DNA of 60,547 nt, from assembly GCA_016215405.1 (NCBI GenBank), contig JACRJQ010000002.1, forward strand, positions 125,597-186,143, in the 5' to 3' direction. Below are positions 50,366-59,716 of this stretch, in pieces; the stretch's first letter is position 1; each line of letters starts with the position of its first letter. The notes beneath the pieces were generated by a model that did not search any database, was not told where the DNA came from, and worked only from the letters and a program-made list of their open reading frames with translations. This stretch comes from Candidatus Tayloriibacteriota bacterium. Its GTDB lineage: Bacteria; Patescibacteriota; Minisyncoccia; Phycocordibacterales; UBA6065. The position numbers and the translations under genes were made by a program.

Positions 50366-52003
50366 TCATGACCTCACGAGCCGCGACATCATATATTCCT
50401 TGGTGCCCCCCACCTTCTTTCCCGGATTGAAGATATTGGCGGGGTCGAATATATCCTTAGTCCTCCTAAAAAGCTCCACGATCTCCGGACCGTACATCTT
50501 TTCGAGATACGGGGTCCTCACGATGCCGTCATTGTGCTCTGCGGTTATCGATCCTTTATACGACACGACGAGGTCGTATATCTTGTCCGATACCTCGGCG
50601 ATGGCCCTGGCGTTCGAAGGGTCCGTCATATCCATAAGGGGGATGATATGGAAGTTCCCGTTTCCGGCATGGCCCGCGATGGTGTACCAGAGCTTGTAGT
50701 CGTCGAGTATCTTTCGCATCTTCGGCAGGAATTCCGGCATCGATTCGGGCCGCACGACTACGTCATCTACGAATGGCGCTGTACGCCTTCCGGTCACGTG
50801 CTTTCGAAGGAGGTTGAAGCTCTCGCGGCGGATGATCCAGTACTTCTCCGAGTCGGCCTCGCTCTTGGCGCGGCGCATCTTGAACCCGTATGGCCGGATC
50901 TTCTCTTCGAGCTTCCCTATCGTCGAATCTATCTCCGCCTCGTCGTCGCCGGAGAACTCGACGAGAAGGACGAGCTTCGGCATCCCGCCGGTAAGAGCCA
51001 TCCATGCCTCGGGCAAGAATCTCGCGGCGAGGCGCATGAAGTTCCACGGCTTCATGTTCTTCATCATGTCCGGCATGAACTTCACCGCGAGGTCCATGGT
51101 CGAGTCGTCGTAGGATTCGAGGCTCTCGGGACCGAACGGCAAGATATCGTTCACGATGTCGCCGAGCCTGTCGAGGGTAGGCATAAAGACGACGAAGAGC
51201 TTGGAGAGCTTCTTTACCGGGACAAGGCGCACCGTTATCTCGGTCACGATGCCGAACGTGCCCTGCGAGCCGACGATGAGCTTGCAGAGATCGAAGGTCT
51301 TGCCGTCCCAGACGTTCCAGAGATAGTAGCCGGCGGAATTCTTCGAGACCCTCGGCTTAGCCGCCTGTATCTTATCCTCGTTCTTTATGATGAGGTCGTA
51401 GAGCGAGCGATACATCTCCCCCTCGACGTTCCTTTGCGCCATCTTTCCCTCGAGCTCCGGCTTCGAGAGAGGCCTCACCGCGTACTCGTTGCCGTCGCGG
51501 AGCACGATCTTCAAGGAGCGCACGTAATTCTCCATCTTTCCGTATTTGAGCGTCTTTTCGCCTGCGCAGTTGTTCCCCACCATGCCGCCGAGCGCGTTAA
51601 GGTTCTTAGAAGCGGTATAGCACGGGAGTATAGCGCCCTTCTTGAGGGTCTCGACCTCGAAGTCGCGATAGAACGTCCCCGGCAAGACCGTCGCTTCGGT
51701 TTCGGAAAGAGAGAGTACGCCGTGCATATACCTCGTCGTGTCGAGGATTATGGACTCGCCTACGGCGGCTCCCGACATGTCCGTCCCTGCCGCCCGCGCG
51801 GTTATAGAGAGAGACGGATCGTTCTTCTTGTTCTCAGAGACCCATTTGACCACCGCCTTTATGTCCTGGGCGTCCTTCGGGAAGACCACGATCTTAGGCA
51901 TGACCTCGAAGAGGCTCGCGTCGCGGCTGAATTTCTTGAGGACTTCAGGGGAATCGTCCGTATCTCCGCCGATGAGCGCCTTTATCTCTTGTGCTAGGTT
52001 CAT
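50366..52003 (-). CDS. FAD-binding oxidoreductase (GlcD/Dld-type FAD-linked oxidase family)
   Basis: ARAAGTDMSG, GGMVGNNCAG, GSQGTFGIVTE, GHAGNGNFH, ITAEHNDG, FNPGK. Confidence 0.92.
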   Translation of the reverse strand: MNLAQEIKALIGGDTDDSPEVLKKFSRDASLFEVMPKIVVFPKDAQDIKAVVKWVSENKKNDPSLSITARAAGTDMSGAAVGESIILDTTRYMHGVLSLSETEATVLPGTFYRDFEVETLKKGAILPCYTASKNLNALGGMVGNNCAGEKTLKYGKMENYVRSLKIVLRDGNEYAVRPLSKPELEGKMAQRNVEGEMYRSLYDLIIKNEDKIQAAKPRVSKNSAGYYLWNVWDGKTFDLCKLIVGSQGTFGIVTEITVRLVPVKKLSKLFVVFMPTLDRLGDIVNDILPFGPESLESYDDSTMDLAVKFMPDMMKNMKPWNFMRLAARFLPEAWMALTGGMPKLVLLVEFSGDDEAEIDSTIGKLEEKIRPYGFKMRRAKSEADSEKYWIIRRESFNLLRKHVTGRRTAPFVDDVVVRPESMPEFLPKMRKILDDYKLWYTIAGHAGNGNFHIIPLMDMTDPSNARAIAEVSDKIYDLVVSYKGSITAEHNDGIVRTPYLEKMYGPEIVELFRRTKDIFDPANIFNPGKKVGGTKEYMMSRLVRS

Positions 52004-52173
52004 GCCCGCAATTATATCAGAGAGACATACGTAAACTATTCGACCCCGCTATTCGTAAGGAACAATAAGGGCGAGCTCCTGCGAGGGCGGCCCCGGCCTC
52101 TTCCGGGCATCTCGGCACGAACAGAGGATCCAAGGTACCGGCCGAGGCGAGCGTTACGACGATCATTACAACA

Positions 52174-53046
52174 TTGATGAACACCACTATGAGAAAACGA
52201 AAATTATGGAAGGCGGCGGCCGGAATTTTGGGGATGGCGTTCGCCTTCGCTCTCGGATCGGGATCCGCAGAGGCTCAGACCGACAGCCAGTATGGGAGCA
52301 GCAGGATGAACCTAGGCTCCGGCGGCGCGGCTGACGCATCTACATCAGACGGGTCGACGTCCGCCGGCACGGCCTCGGGAGAGACCCAAGGAGCGGCTAG
52401 CGCGGCGGCAGACGTTACAGGGACGGCTTCTCCTAGAAGCGGCGGGCCGGCATTCGCTCCGGGCGCAGCCGATATCATGCTCCTCTCCTCTGCCGACCTT
52501 GCTGTCGGAATGACGGGAGGCGAAGTAGCGACCCTTCAAGGGTTCTTAGCCGAGCTCGGATTCCTGGACCTCACCGGCATAGGCGGGCCGACCGGCTATT
52601 ATGGGCCGATGACCCGTGACGCGGTGGCCCGCTACCAGTCCGCCATCGGCGTGCCGGCGACCGGATACTTCGGTCCGATGACGAGAAGCGCCATGGCCAT
52701 GCATTTCGTCAGGAATGATTGGATGGGCGACGTTTCCGGCGGCGCAGAAGGGTCAGGCATAGGCGGAGGCGAGAGCTCCGACCTCGTCGCCGGAAGCGCG
52801 GATGCCGGCACCGGCGGACCGGACATGGAGATGACCGGAGTATTCTCCGCGACGAATCCAGGCGCCTGGTTTAACGGCGTCTGGTATCCGAACGCGGTCG
52901 ATATGAGCGTGAGAGCGCCAGCGAGCGCGGCGAGCGCCTCTGGCCCATCGGGTACGACGACCAATGCCGGCGCTTCGGCTACGGACGATGACGGAACAGA
53001 CGATGCGACAGGAACCACCAGCGCGGACGACAGGATGGGACCATAA
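52174..53046 (+). CDS. secreted peptidoglycan-binding-domain protein with low-complexity flanks
   Basis: Signal peptide; LAVGMTGGEVATLQGFL...TGYYGPMTRDAVARYQ...ATGYFGPMTR. Confidence 0.85.
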   Translation: MMNTTMRKRKLWKAAAGILGMAFAFALGSGSAEAQTDSQYGSSRMNLGSGGAADASTSDGSTSAGTASGETQGAASAAADVTGTASPRSGGPAFAPGAADIMLLSSADLAVGMTGGEVATLQGFLAELGFLDLTGIGGPTGYYGPMTRDAVARYQSAIGVPATGYFGPMTRSAMAMHFVRNDWMGDVSGGAEGSGIGGGESSDLVAGSADAGTGGPDMEMTGVFSATNPGAWFNGVWYPNAVDMSVRAPASAASASGPSGTTTNAGASATDDDGTDDATGTTSADDRMGP

Positions 53047-53054
53047 CGACGGAT

Positions 53055-53085
53055 AGAAAAGGCCGCGCTTCGCGCGGCCTTTTCT
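53055..53085. terminator. bidirectional intrinsic terminator
   Basis: AGAAAAGGCCGCGC-TTC-GCGCGGCCTTTTCT between convergent genes. Confidence 0.8.
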
Positions 53086-53128
53086 TGCCCCCTTTACCGA
53101 GGTTTCGCCTCGTTACGGCGGGAGAGGA

Positions 53129-54019
53129 TTAGAGCTTATTGAAAATCATAAGCTTCTCCTCCACGACCTTCTGTATCGCCTCCACCACAGGCTTCTCGAG
53201 CTTATACGGAGCGACCTCTCCCGGGCTGTTCCTTAGGGTCGCTTCGAGCGCGTTCTTGTATGCGACACGGAGCTCCGTATTCACATGGATGATAGCGACG
53301 CCGGCGTCTATGGCAGCCTTGAAGTCCTCTGCGGAATTCCCCGATCCCCCATGGAGGACAAGGGGTATCTTCACCGCATCCGAGATGTCTTTTATGCGCT
53401 TTATATTAAGCGCAGGATCCACGCCTCCTTTGAGCATGCCGTGGATATTGCCTACCGCTGGCGCGAGCATGTCGACGCCGGTCTCTTTCACGAACCGGAG
53501 CGCCTCTTCGGGCTTCGTGAGGAACTCTTCCCCTATCCTTACGCCCTCCGGTATGCCCTCGAGCACCTTCGAAGATTTTCCGATGAAGCCTATCTCGGCC
53601 TCGACGAGGATGTTCTTGTCTTTCGCCTTGGCGTATCGCACGCATTTTTTGGTGAGGGCGACGTTATCCTCGAACGAGCGCTCGGTCCCGTCGAAGATGA
53701 CCGAGTCGTAGCCCGCGTCCACGACTTCCTTTACCCTCTCGAAGGAATAGGTATGGTCCGCGTTAAGGAACACAGGGGCGCCTTCCGCCTTCACGGAATC
53801 GACGAGCGACCTGACCTGCGCCACTCCTACGAAATCCCTCTCCCCTTCAGAGACCCCGATGATGACCGGCACGCCGATCTTTTTCGACGCGTTGACGACT
53901 GCCCAGAATCCGTCGATGTTGGAGATATTGAAATGCCCGATCGCCACCTTTCTCTTGAGAGCGTCGGATACATGCCATTTGAGGCTCTTCGGGCCCGACT
54001 TTCTGAAAAAATTGAACAT
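53129..54019 (-). CDS. fba: class II fructose-bisphosphate aldolase family protein
   Basis: GHFNISN, NADH (HxDH-equivalent site), SVIFDG, EAEIG, AVGNIHG, LVLHGGSG, VNTELR. Confidence 0.9.
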   Translation of the reverse strand: MFNFFRKSGPKSLKWHVSDALKRKVAIGHFNISNIDGFWAVVNASKKIGVPVIIGVSEGERDFVGVAQVRSLVDSVKAEGAPVFLNADHTYSFERVKEVVDAGYDSVIFDGTERSFEDNVALTKKCVRYAKAKDKNILVEAEIGFIGKSSKVLEGIPEGVRIGEEFLTKPEEALRFVKETGVDMLAPAVGNIHGMLKGGVDPALNIKRIKDISDAVKIPLVLHGGSGNSAEDFKAAIDAGVAIIHVNTELRVAYKNALEATLRNSPGEVAPYKLEKPVVEAIQKVVEEKLMIFNKL

Positions 54020-54057
54020 GAGGATATGTTACCATTGTTTTTTGCTAAAATATCCCT

Positions 54058-55053
54058 ATGTTCTCAAAACAAATAGACTTTCTCGCCATCGGGGATATCG
54101 TGACCGACGCGTTCATAAAATTAAAAGACGCCCACGTCACCGACTGCATAGACCACCGCGCGCGAGAGCTCTGCGTGAAATTCGCCGACAAGATACCGTT
54201 CGAGTCGGTCGACGTCATCGCGGCCGTAGGCAATAGCGCGAACGCCGCCGTATCGGCTTCGAGGCTCGGGCTCTCTTCCGCCCTCGTTTCGGACCTGGGA
54301 AACGACATCTACGGAAAGGAATGCCTCGATTCGCTCAAGAGGGACAAGGTGGGGTCTAAATACGTCACGGCGCACAAAGGGATGCCGACGAACTATCATT
54401 ACGTCCTCTGGTACGACTCGGAAAGGACGATACTCGTAAAGCATCAGGACTACCCTCGAAAGCTCCCTCGATTCCCTGAGCCCAAGTGGATATACCTCTC
54501 TTCCCTCGGCGGAAATTCGGAAGGCTACCACGCCGAGATAGCCGGATACCTCGAGAAGCACCCCGGCGTGAAGCTCGCCTTCCAGCCGGGTACGTTCCAG
54601 ATGTCTCTCGGCGTCGAAAAGCTCAAAGCGATCTACGCGAGAGCGGACGTCTTCTTCTGCAACAAGGAAGAGGCCCAGAGGATACTCAAGACCGAGGAAT
54701 CGGATCCGAAGAGGCTCATGGAGATGGTCCGAGGCTTGGGACCGAAGATCGTCGTCGTCACCGACGGCCCGAACGGCGCCTACGCCTACGACGGCGCGGA
54801 TGCGTTCTTCATGCCCGTCTATCCCGACCCGAAGCCAGCCTACGAGAGGACGGGCGCTGGCGACGCGTTCGCCTCGACCTTCACGGTCGCTCTCGCGCTG
54901 GGAAAGAGCCTCGATGAGGCTCTCAGATGGGCGCCTATAAACTCGGCCTCCGTCGTTCAAGATGTGGGCGCGCAGCGAGGCCTCCTCTCGAAAGAGAAGC
55001 TCGCGGAGTGGCTCGCCAAGGCTCCCGCCGATTACAAGCCGAAGAAGATCTAG
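54058..55053 (+). CDS. PfkB/ribokinase-family carbohydrate kinase
   Basis: GNSANAAVSASRLG, FCNKEEA, VVTDGPNG, ERTGAGDAFAS. Confidence 0.95.
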   Translation: MFSKQIDFLAIGDIVTDAFIKLKDAHVTDCIDHRARELCVKFADKIPFESVDVIAAVGNSANAAVSASRLGLSSALVSDLGNDIYGKECLDSLKRDKVGSKYVTAHKGMPTNYHYVLWYDSERTILVKHQDYPRKLPRFPEPKWIYLSSLGGNSEGYHAEIAGYLEKHPGVKLAFQPGTFQMSLGVEKLKAIYARADVFFCNKEEAQRILKTEESDPKRLMEMVRGLGPKIVVVTDGPNGAYAYDGADAFFMPVYPDPKPAYERTGAGDAFASTFTVALALGKSLDEALRWAPINSASVVQDVGAQRGLLSKEKLAEWLAKAPADYKPKKI

Positions 55054-55073
55054 CCCGTAGTTAAGCCGCCCCT

Positions 55074-55146
55074 AACACCTCAACCGGTTGAGGTGTTTAG
55101 AACGGCTCAAGAAAGCACCGATTCGCTTGGCGAATCGGTGCTTTCT
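55074..55146. repeat. perfect 24-bp palindrome plus 17-bp-stem terminator hairpin
   Basis: AACACCTCAACC|GGTTGAGGTGTT (55074-55097); AGAAAGCACCGATTCGC-TTG-GCGAATCGGTGCTTTCT (55110-55146). Confidence 0.75.
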
Positions 55147-55226
55147 CTCCCCTTAATGTCCGCGGACCAGCTCTCCTCTGAGCGAGGCCTGCCTCTCGGG
55201 TATCCCGAGAAAGCAGGAGAGCGAAA

Positions 55227-55892
55227 CTATTCTACCTGATCGCTTATGAGAAACGCCTCTTTGAGCTCTCGAAGGGCCGAAGCAGGGCTTTCGCTTACGT
55301 CCTGCCCTTCCCGCCTGAGACCGGCGACCGCCTCCTTTTTCGATTCTCCGAACACGAACGCGTACGCCGCATCCATCTTTCGTATCGCTTTGAGGGTGAG
55401 GGTGATCCGCGTATACCGCGACGCCTCGTATGCTTCGACGAGCCTCTCGGAGCCTACGGCTACCGAGCCTGGCAATACTCCGGCGATATGGCTGTCGGCG
55501 CCTATGCCGAACTGGCCGATAACGATATCGGAATCTTTGCAGAGCCGCTTATATTCGCTCTCGTATCTCTCGACGGTCTCTTCGAGCGAGAGCCCGCAAA
55601 GGACAGGGGTTCCTCGGACGACCGAGAGATCGAATCCCGCCTCGGAGAGCTGTCTCCAGTTCGAATCTTCATGGCCCGGCTCGCCGTACCTCTCGTCGCC
55701 GAGGACGACCGAGAGGTTCGCGAGCTCTTTCGGAGTCTTCTCGCGCAGGATGGCGAAAGCCGCCGCGGCGAGCGCTATGTTAGAGCCTCCCGGAAGGGCC
55801 CAGAGGACCTTTTTCCCGTGGATGAGCTCGAAGACGAGCCTATCCGCCAGAGTACGGACGGCGAGCTCCCTATTGCCGCGTATGAATTCCAT
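55227..55892 (-). CDS. 6-phosphogluconolactonase-like protein (NagB/Pgl fold)
   Basis: LPGGSN, LGDERYGEPGHEDSNW, GIGADSHIAG, RITLT, GESKKEAV. Confidence 0.85.
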   Translation of the reverse strand: MEFIRGNRELAVRTLADRLVFELIHGKKVLWALPGGSNIALAAAAFAILREKTPKELANLSVVLGDERYGEPGHEDSNWRQLSEAGFDLSVVRGTPVLCGLSLEETVERYESEYKRLCKDSDIVIGQFGIGADSHIAGVLPGSVAVGSERLVEAYEASRYTRITLTLKAIRKMDAAYAFVFGESKKEAVAGLRREGQDVSESPASALRELKEAFLISDQVE

Positions 55893-55896
55893 AGTT

Positions 55897-56466
55897 TTAT
55901 CTGAGATTCTTCTGAAACGGCGACCAAAGGCGCCTGTCTATCACATAGAAGAGATAGAGTATGAGGATGCCGAAGACCCATCCCGCGAGGACTTGAGAAG
56001 GATAGTGGACCCCTAGATATATACGAGACAGCCCTACGAGAAGTATGAGAGCGATGCTTCCCCACATAAGGACGCGGCTCTTCGGATGCCTATGGGCCAC
56101 CCAGCCGAGGACGACCATAGACATGAGCGCGTGACCCGAAGGAAGGGCGAACCCGTCGTCGTTGTCATAGGCGATGACTGCCGAATCGATCACGTACGGC
56201 CTCTCTATATGGAAATAATATTTTGCGGACAGAAGGATCGCGAAGGAGACGGCCGCGATGACTAGGATCTCGAGCGCGACGCGCCACTTGTCGATAAGGA
56301 GGAGGGCGACGAAGAATGCAGCCACCATGATCGGATAAGAGCCCACGCCGTGAGAGAGGAACTTGGCGACCGATAGCCAGGAAGGGCCTATCGATTGCAC
56401 GAGGCTTAAAAGCTCGACGTCGAAGGCGTAAGAATATGAGAGGAATGCGTGGTAGACGGCTTGCAT
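55897..56466 (-). CDS. PAP2-family membrane phosphatase
   Basis: KYYFHIERP, PSGHA, SRIYLGVHYPSQV. Confidence 0.93.
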   Translation of the reverse strand: MQAVYHAFLSYSYAFDVELLSLVQSIGPSWLSVAKFLSHGVGSYPIMVAAFFVALLLIDKWRVALEILVIAAVSFAILLSAKYYFHIERPYVIDSAVIAYDNDDGFALPSGHALMSMVVLGWVAHRHPKSRVLMWGSIALILLVGLSRIYLGVHYPSQVLAGWVFGILILYLFYVIDRRLWSPFQKNLR

Positions 56467-57026
56467 TAGATCGGTTTTATAAAAGTCTTTTGGATATCCG
56501 CCCGGCGCAAGAGCTCGGCTTGGAGATTCGAAGCGAGCCCTTTATCTATCGCCTCTATGATGCATCCGGACTCGTTCCTCGATGTCGAAGGGTTGTCCGT
56601 CGCCGCAGTGGTCACGACGAGCTTCGAAACGCCGAGTATCCTCTGCTCGAGCGTCCTCTCTATGTCCACGTTGTGTATCTGCCGATACGGGATGGCGATC
56701 TCGACCGTCGTGAATACGCCGTGCCTCATCTTGAACGCGTCTTCCGCCAGGCAGAACGTCCTATTCTTGTGTATGAGCCGCGTCGATATTACGGCGAAAA
56801 GGCCTGTGAGGAAGAAAAGGGTCCAGCACCCGAGGCCGAAGAGGGCGACGGTCTTCCTCATCTCGACGGGAACGACCGAGAGATTGCGGGCGAAAGACAA
56901 AAGAACGGCGAGGACGAGGAATCCCATAGCGATAGAGAGCCTCTCGTAGAGAAAGAGCCAGAACGCCCTCTTTCCCATATTGAGATATACGCCCTGGGGA
57001 AGGTTGTAATACGCTCCTTCTGACAT
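56466..57026 (-). CDS. bacterial PH (bPH_2) domain membrane protein
   Basis: Two TM helices, then HGVFTT...IPYRQIHNVDIERTLEQRILGVSKL; ATG 57026 lies 7 nt downstream of TATACT. Confidence 0.85.
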   Translation of the reverse strand: MSEGAYYNLPQGVYLNMGKRAFWLFLYERLSIAMGFLVLAVLLSFARNLSVVPVEMRKTVALFGLGCWTLFFLTGLFAVISTRLIHKNRTFCLAEDAFKMRHGVFTTVEIAIPYRQIHNVDIERTLEQRILGVSKLVVTTAATDNPSTSRNESGCIIEAIDKGLASNLQAELLRRADIQKTFIKPI

Positions 57027-57074
57027 AGGAGGAAGTATACCCTGCGCCAAAGGCTTTATCCAAGCCGCTCGAAG

Positions 57075-57557
57075 CTACGGCGCCCCGACTTCTTCTACGT
57101 CCTGCCGGAGGATGATATCGCCCTCGCCGAACTCGAATTCGGCTTTGCGGATGAGCTTTCCCGAGATCACCTTGGGGAGCCAATAGACGTCATCCGGCCA
57201 CATCTCCTTATAGGGTATCTCTCCCGTCTTAAACCATCTGGGTGCCATCTCCTCGCTCTCGACCGGCTCTCCCTCCCATGAAAAGCAGAGATACGCGTGG
57301 ACGACCTGGTCCCATTCCGGCTTGTTCGCGAACGTGAAATGGAGCTCGGCGACCTTCGATATCGATTTAGGCCTCACCCCGATCTCCTCTTCGGTCTCGC
57401 GCAGGGCCGCCGCCTCTACCGTCTCGCCCTCGTTCGCTTTTCCTCCCGCCCCGTTCCATCTGCCCGCGCCGAATCCGCGCTTTTTCATAGCGAGGCATAT
57501 CTCGCCGACCTTCCCATCCTCGCTCTTCACTAGAAACAAAAGAGTCGAATTCCTCAT
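57075..57557 (-). CDS. Nudix hydrolase, MutT/MTH1-like 8-oxo-dGTP diphosphatase
   Basis: KKRGFGAGRWNGAGGK, intact Nudix box ETVEAAALRETEEEIGV, EMWPDD. Confidence 0.92.
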   Translation of the reverse strand: MRNSTLLFLVKSEDGKVGEICLAMKKRGFGAGRWNGAGGKANEGETVEAAALRETEEEIGVRPKSISKVAELHFTFANKPEWDQVVHAYLCFSWEGEPVESEEMAPRWFKTGEIPYKEMWPDDVYWLPKVISGKLIRKAEFEFGEGDIILRQDVEEVGAP

Positions 57558-57612
57558 AGAGAGATTATAGCAAAAAGCCCAGGCGAGGCCCGGGCCTTGG
57601 CGAAGGACTTCC

Positions 57613-58137
57613 CTATCGAGAGAGCGCCTTGAAAGCGAATTTCTCTCCTTCCGGCCCCCTGATGGTGAGGACGTCTCCTTCGACGTAGAACGACGCTCCT
57701 GCGCTAAGCATGGATCCGAAGCTCGCTTCCATGGACATGAGGCCCGCGGGAGCGCCGCAGAACATCTTCGTGGACGCGAGGTCTGACCTTATGACGCCGT
57801 CCAACAGGACGAACGTTCCTGACATTTGATTGCAGAACTTGGCGCTTAGGGACGCTCCGCTAAACGAGAGCGTGTAATCCTCTCCTTCTGCCATAGGAGA
57901 GTTCTTATATGAAGCGAGCTTGAACGTCACGCCGTCTATCTCTACCGGCGGGACATACGGTCCCCAGGTCTCGACGGACACGAGGTCGACCTCCTTTATA
58001 GCCTCGTCTACGGGACGCTCTCCCTTAGAAGCCGGTTTCCCTGAACTCGAAGACATAAGGACGATAAGGAGGATGACGACGACTGCCGCCGCCGCGTAAA
58101 TTATGTTTCTTTCGGTAAAAATGTCTTTAGGGTTCAT
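57613..58137 (-). CDS. META-domain membrane-anchored protein
   Basis: N-terminal TM; FCNQMSG...LASTKMFC (paired Cys)...LTI. Confidence 0.8.
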   Translation of the reverse strand: MNPKDIFTERNIIYAAAAVVVILLIVLMSSSSGKPASKGERPVDEAIKEVDLVSVETWGPYVPPVEIDGVTFKLASYKNSPMAEGEDYTLSFSGASLSAKFCNQMSGTFVLLDGVIRSDLASTKMFCGAPAGLMSMEASFGSMLSAGASFYVEGDVLTIRGPEGEKFAFKALSR

Positions 58138-58186
58138 GCGCGTATGCGAAATTTCGTAATACGGACATTATACAAACATCGAAGCG

Positions 58187-58804
58187 TTATGGCACTGGGG
58201 CTTTAAAGGCGGTTCCTTTATAGGAAAACGCCAAAGGCCTTCCCTTGCGAGGAGACTTTTCGAGCTCGACTCTGCCGAATCCCGCTCCGCGCACCAACGC
58301 CTCGATGTCTCGGTCGAGGTTGCAGCCTCCGGCGCACCTCTTCCAGAGCGGATTAAGCGCTGCCTGGACGAGAGCGACGCGCCGGCTCGACGACTTTCCG
58401 TGCTCGATGAAAAGGAATCTCCCGCCGGGCTTTAGCACCCTGAGGACCTCGGAGAGCGCGGAAGCGACGCCTGGGATGGTGCAAAGGGTCCATGTGGACA
58501 GGACCGTATCGACCGAAGAGTCAGGAAGAGGGACGCTCTCCGCTCCGGAAGCGATGCGCTCGACCGGGATCTCTGACGCTCCTATCCTCTCTTCGGCTAT
58601 GCCGTAAAGGGAGTCCGACGGTTCGAGCGCGTAGATCTTTTCGACGCCGCTATAAAATGGGACGTTCCTGCCGGAGCCGAAGCCGATCTCTAGGACGACC
58701 CCCTTCGCCTCCGAGACTATCGATGCGCGCTCTCGGTCCATGAATGACATCGAGAGGTCGAGGAGTCGCGCGAAAAGGCCTTTTTTGTTTCCGTTCACGG
58801 ACAT
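58187..58804 (-). CDS. class I SAM-dependent methyltransferase
   Basis: VLEIGFGSG, DSSVDTVLSTWTLCTI, VLKPGGRFLFIEHG. Confidence 0.93.
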   Translation of the reverse strand: MSVNGNKKGLFARLLDLSMSFMDRERASIVSEAKGVVLEIGFGSGRNVPFYSGVEKIYALEPSDSLYGIAEERIGASEIPVERIASGAESVPLPDSSVDTVLSTWTLCTIPGVASALSEVLRVLKPGGRFLFIEHGKSSSRRVALVQAALNPLWKRCAGGCNLDRDIEALVRGAGFGRVELEKSPRKGRPLAFSYKGTAFKAPVP

Positions 58805-58811
58805 GGCGGGA

Positions 58812-58997
58812 TTAGTCTCGAATCCAGCGCGCCGCCGCGATCAACGCGAGGATGACGCCCACGACGACGAACCATGTAGCGTAAGGAAGGATAGCCTCCG
58901 ACCAATAAGAGCCGGCAGCAGCGCCTATCGCGAGAACCGAGAGCTTTATAAGGCCCATATCCCCCCAGCCCATCTCTTTGCTTTTGAATATTCTCAT
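58812..58997 (-). CDS. small two-TM hypothetical protein (61 aa)
   Basis: Hydrophobic helices; TATAAT 6 nt upstream of the ATG. Confidence 0.7.
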   Translation of the reverse strand: MRIFKSKEMGWGDMGLIKLSVLAIGAAAGSYWSEAILPYATWFVVVGVILALIAAARWIRD

Positions 58998-59019
58998 ACG
59001 GCTATTATAGCCTGTCGAT

Positions 59020-59184
59020 GGAGGCGGAGAGAGTTTCGGTCCCTACAGGACCAGTACCCCGATTGGCGCGAGTACGCGACTCAATCGGGCTTCGAATCTC
59101 TCACGCAGGCGTACCACGCCTGCTCGCCTCCGCAAATCAAAATCGCCTTTCGGCGATTGATTTGCGGAGGCGGAGAGATTCGAA
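59020..59184. repeat. inverted and direct copies of the tRNA-Ser 3' end
   Basis: 59091-59102 and 59125-59138 are exact reverse complements of 59173-59184 and 59159-59172; 59020-59032 GGAGGCGGAGAGA repeats 59166-59178. Confidence 0.8.
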
Positions 59185-59251
59185 CTCTCGATACCCTTGC
59201 GGATATACGACCTTTCCAGGGTCGCGCACTAGACCACTATGCGACGCCTCC
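59165..59251 (-). tRNA. tRNA-Ser(GGA)
   Basis: GGAGGCG acceptor stem, CGACC-CTGGAAA-GGTCG anticodon arm, long variable arm, GTTCGAATC T loop, G discriminator; CCA not encoded. Confidence 0.96.
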
Positions 59252-59346
59252 GTGAGACTTAATTTATACTCGATTATGCGATTTTCTCCAAATGCTTTTC
59301 CCAGCGCGCGAGTAACTTTCTCCCTGGTTCGGGTATTATATGCAGC

Positions 59347-59658
59347 ATGACCAAAAAACCCATCTATAACGCCCTGCTCGCCGCGGGGTACATATCGCTC
59401 ATCGTCTTGGGCGGAAACCTCGTAGCCTTGATCGACATACCGACCGAGGATAATCTGTTCGCTCCGATGGGAATGCTCGCCCTTCTCGTCCTCTCAGCCG
59501 CAACGATGGCGTATCTATTCTTCTATCAGCCGGTCATGCTCCTTATCGAAGGCAAGAAAGAAGAGGCGGCGAAGCTCCTCCTGAAGACCATCAGCGCGTT
59601 CGCGGTCATCACCGCCATCTTCCTCGCCCTCGCGCTCTTCGTATTCCCGTTCGTCTAG
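59347..59658 (+). CDS. three-TM hypothetical membrane protein
   Basis: Three hydrophobic segments; TATTAT 7 nt upstream of the ATG; hairpin downstream. Confidence 0.75.
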   Translation: MTKKPIYNALLAAGYISLIVLGGNLVALIDIPTEDNLFAPMGMLALLVLSAATMAYLFFYQPVMLLIEGKKEEAAKLLLKTISAFAVITAIFLALALFVFPFV

Positions 59659-59716
59659 CAAAAATCGCCCTAGAAGGCGATTTGAGGATTCGTCTGACAC
59701 CTGTTTCCCCTAGAGG

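Noticed and set aside
43723-59251. tRNA genes as prophage or island attachment sites
   Set aside because: No integrase and no distant direct repeat of either tRNA 3' end in the window; the only copies are immediately adjacent to tRNA-Ser.
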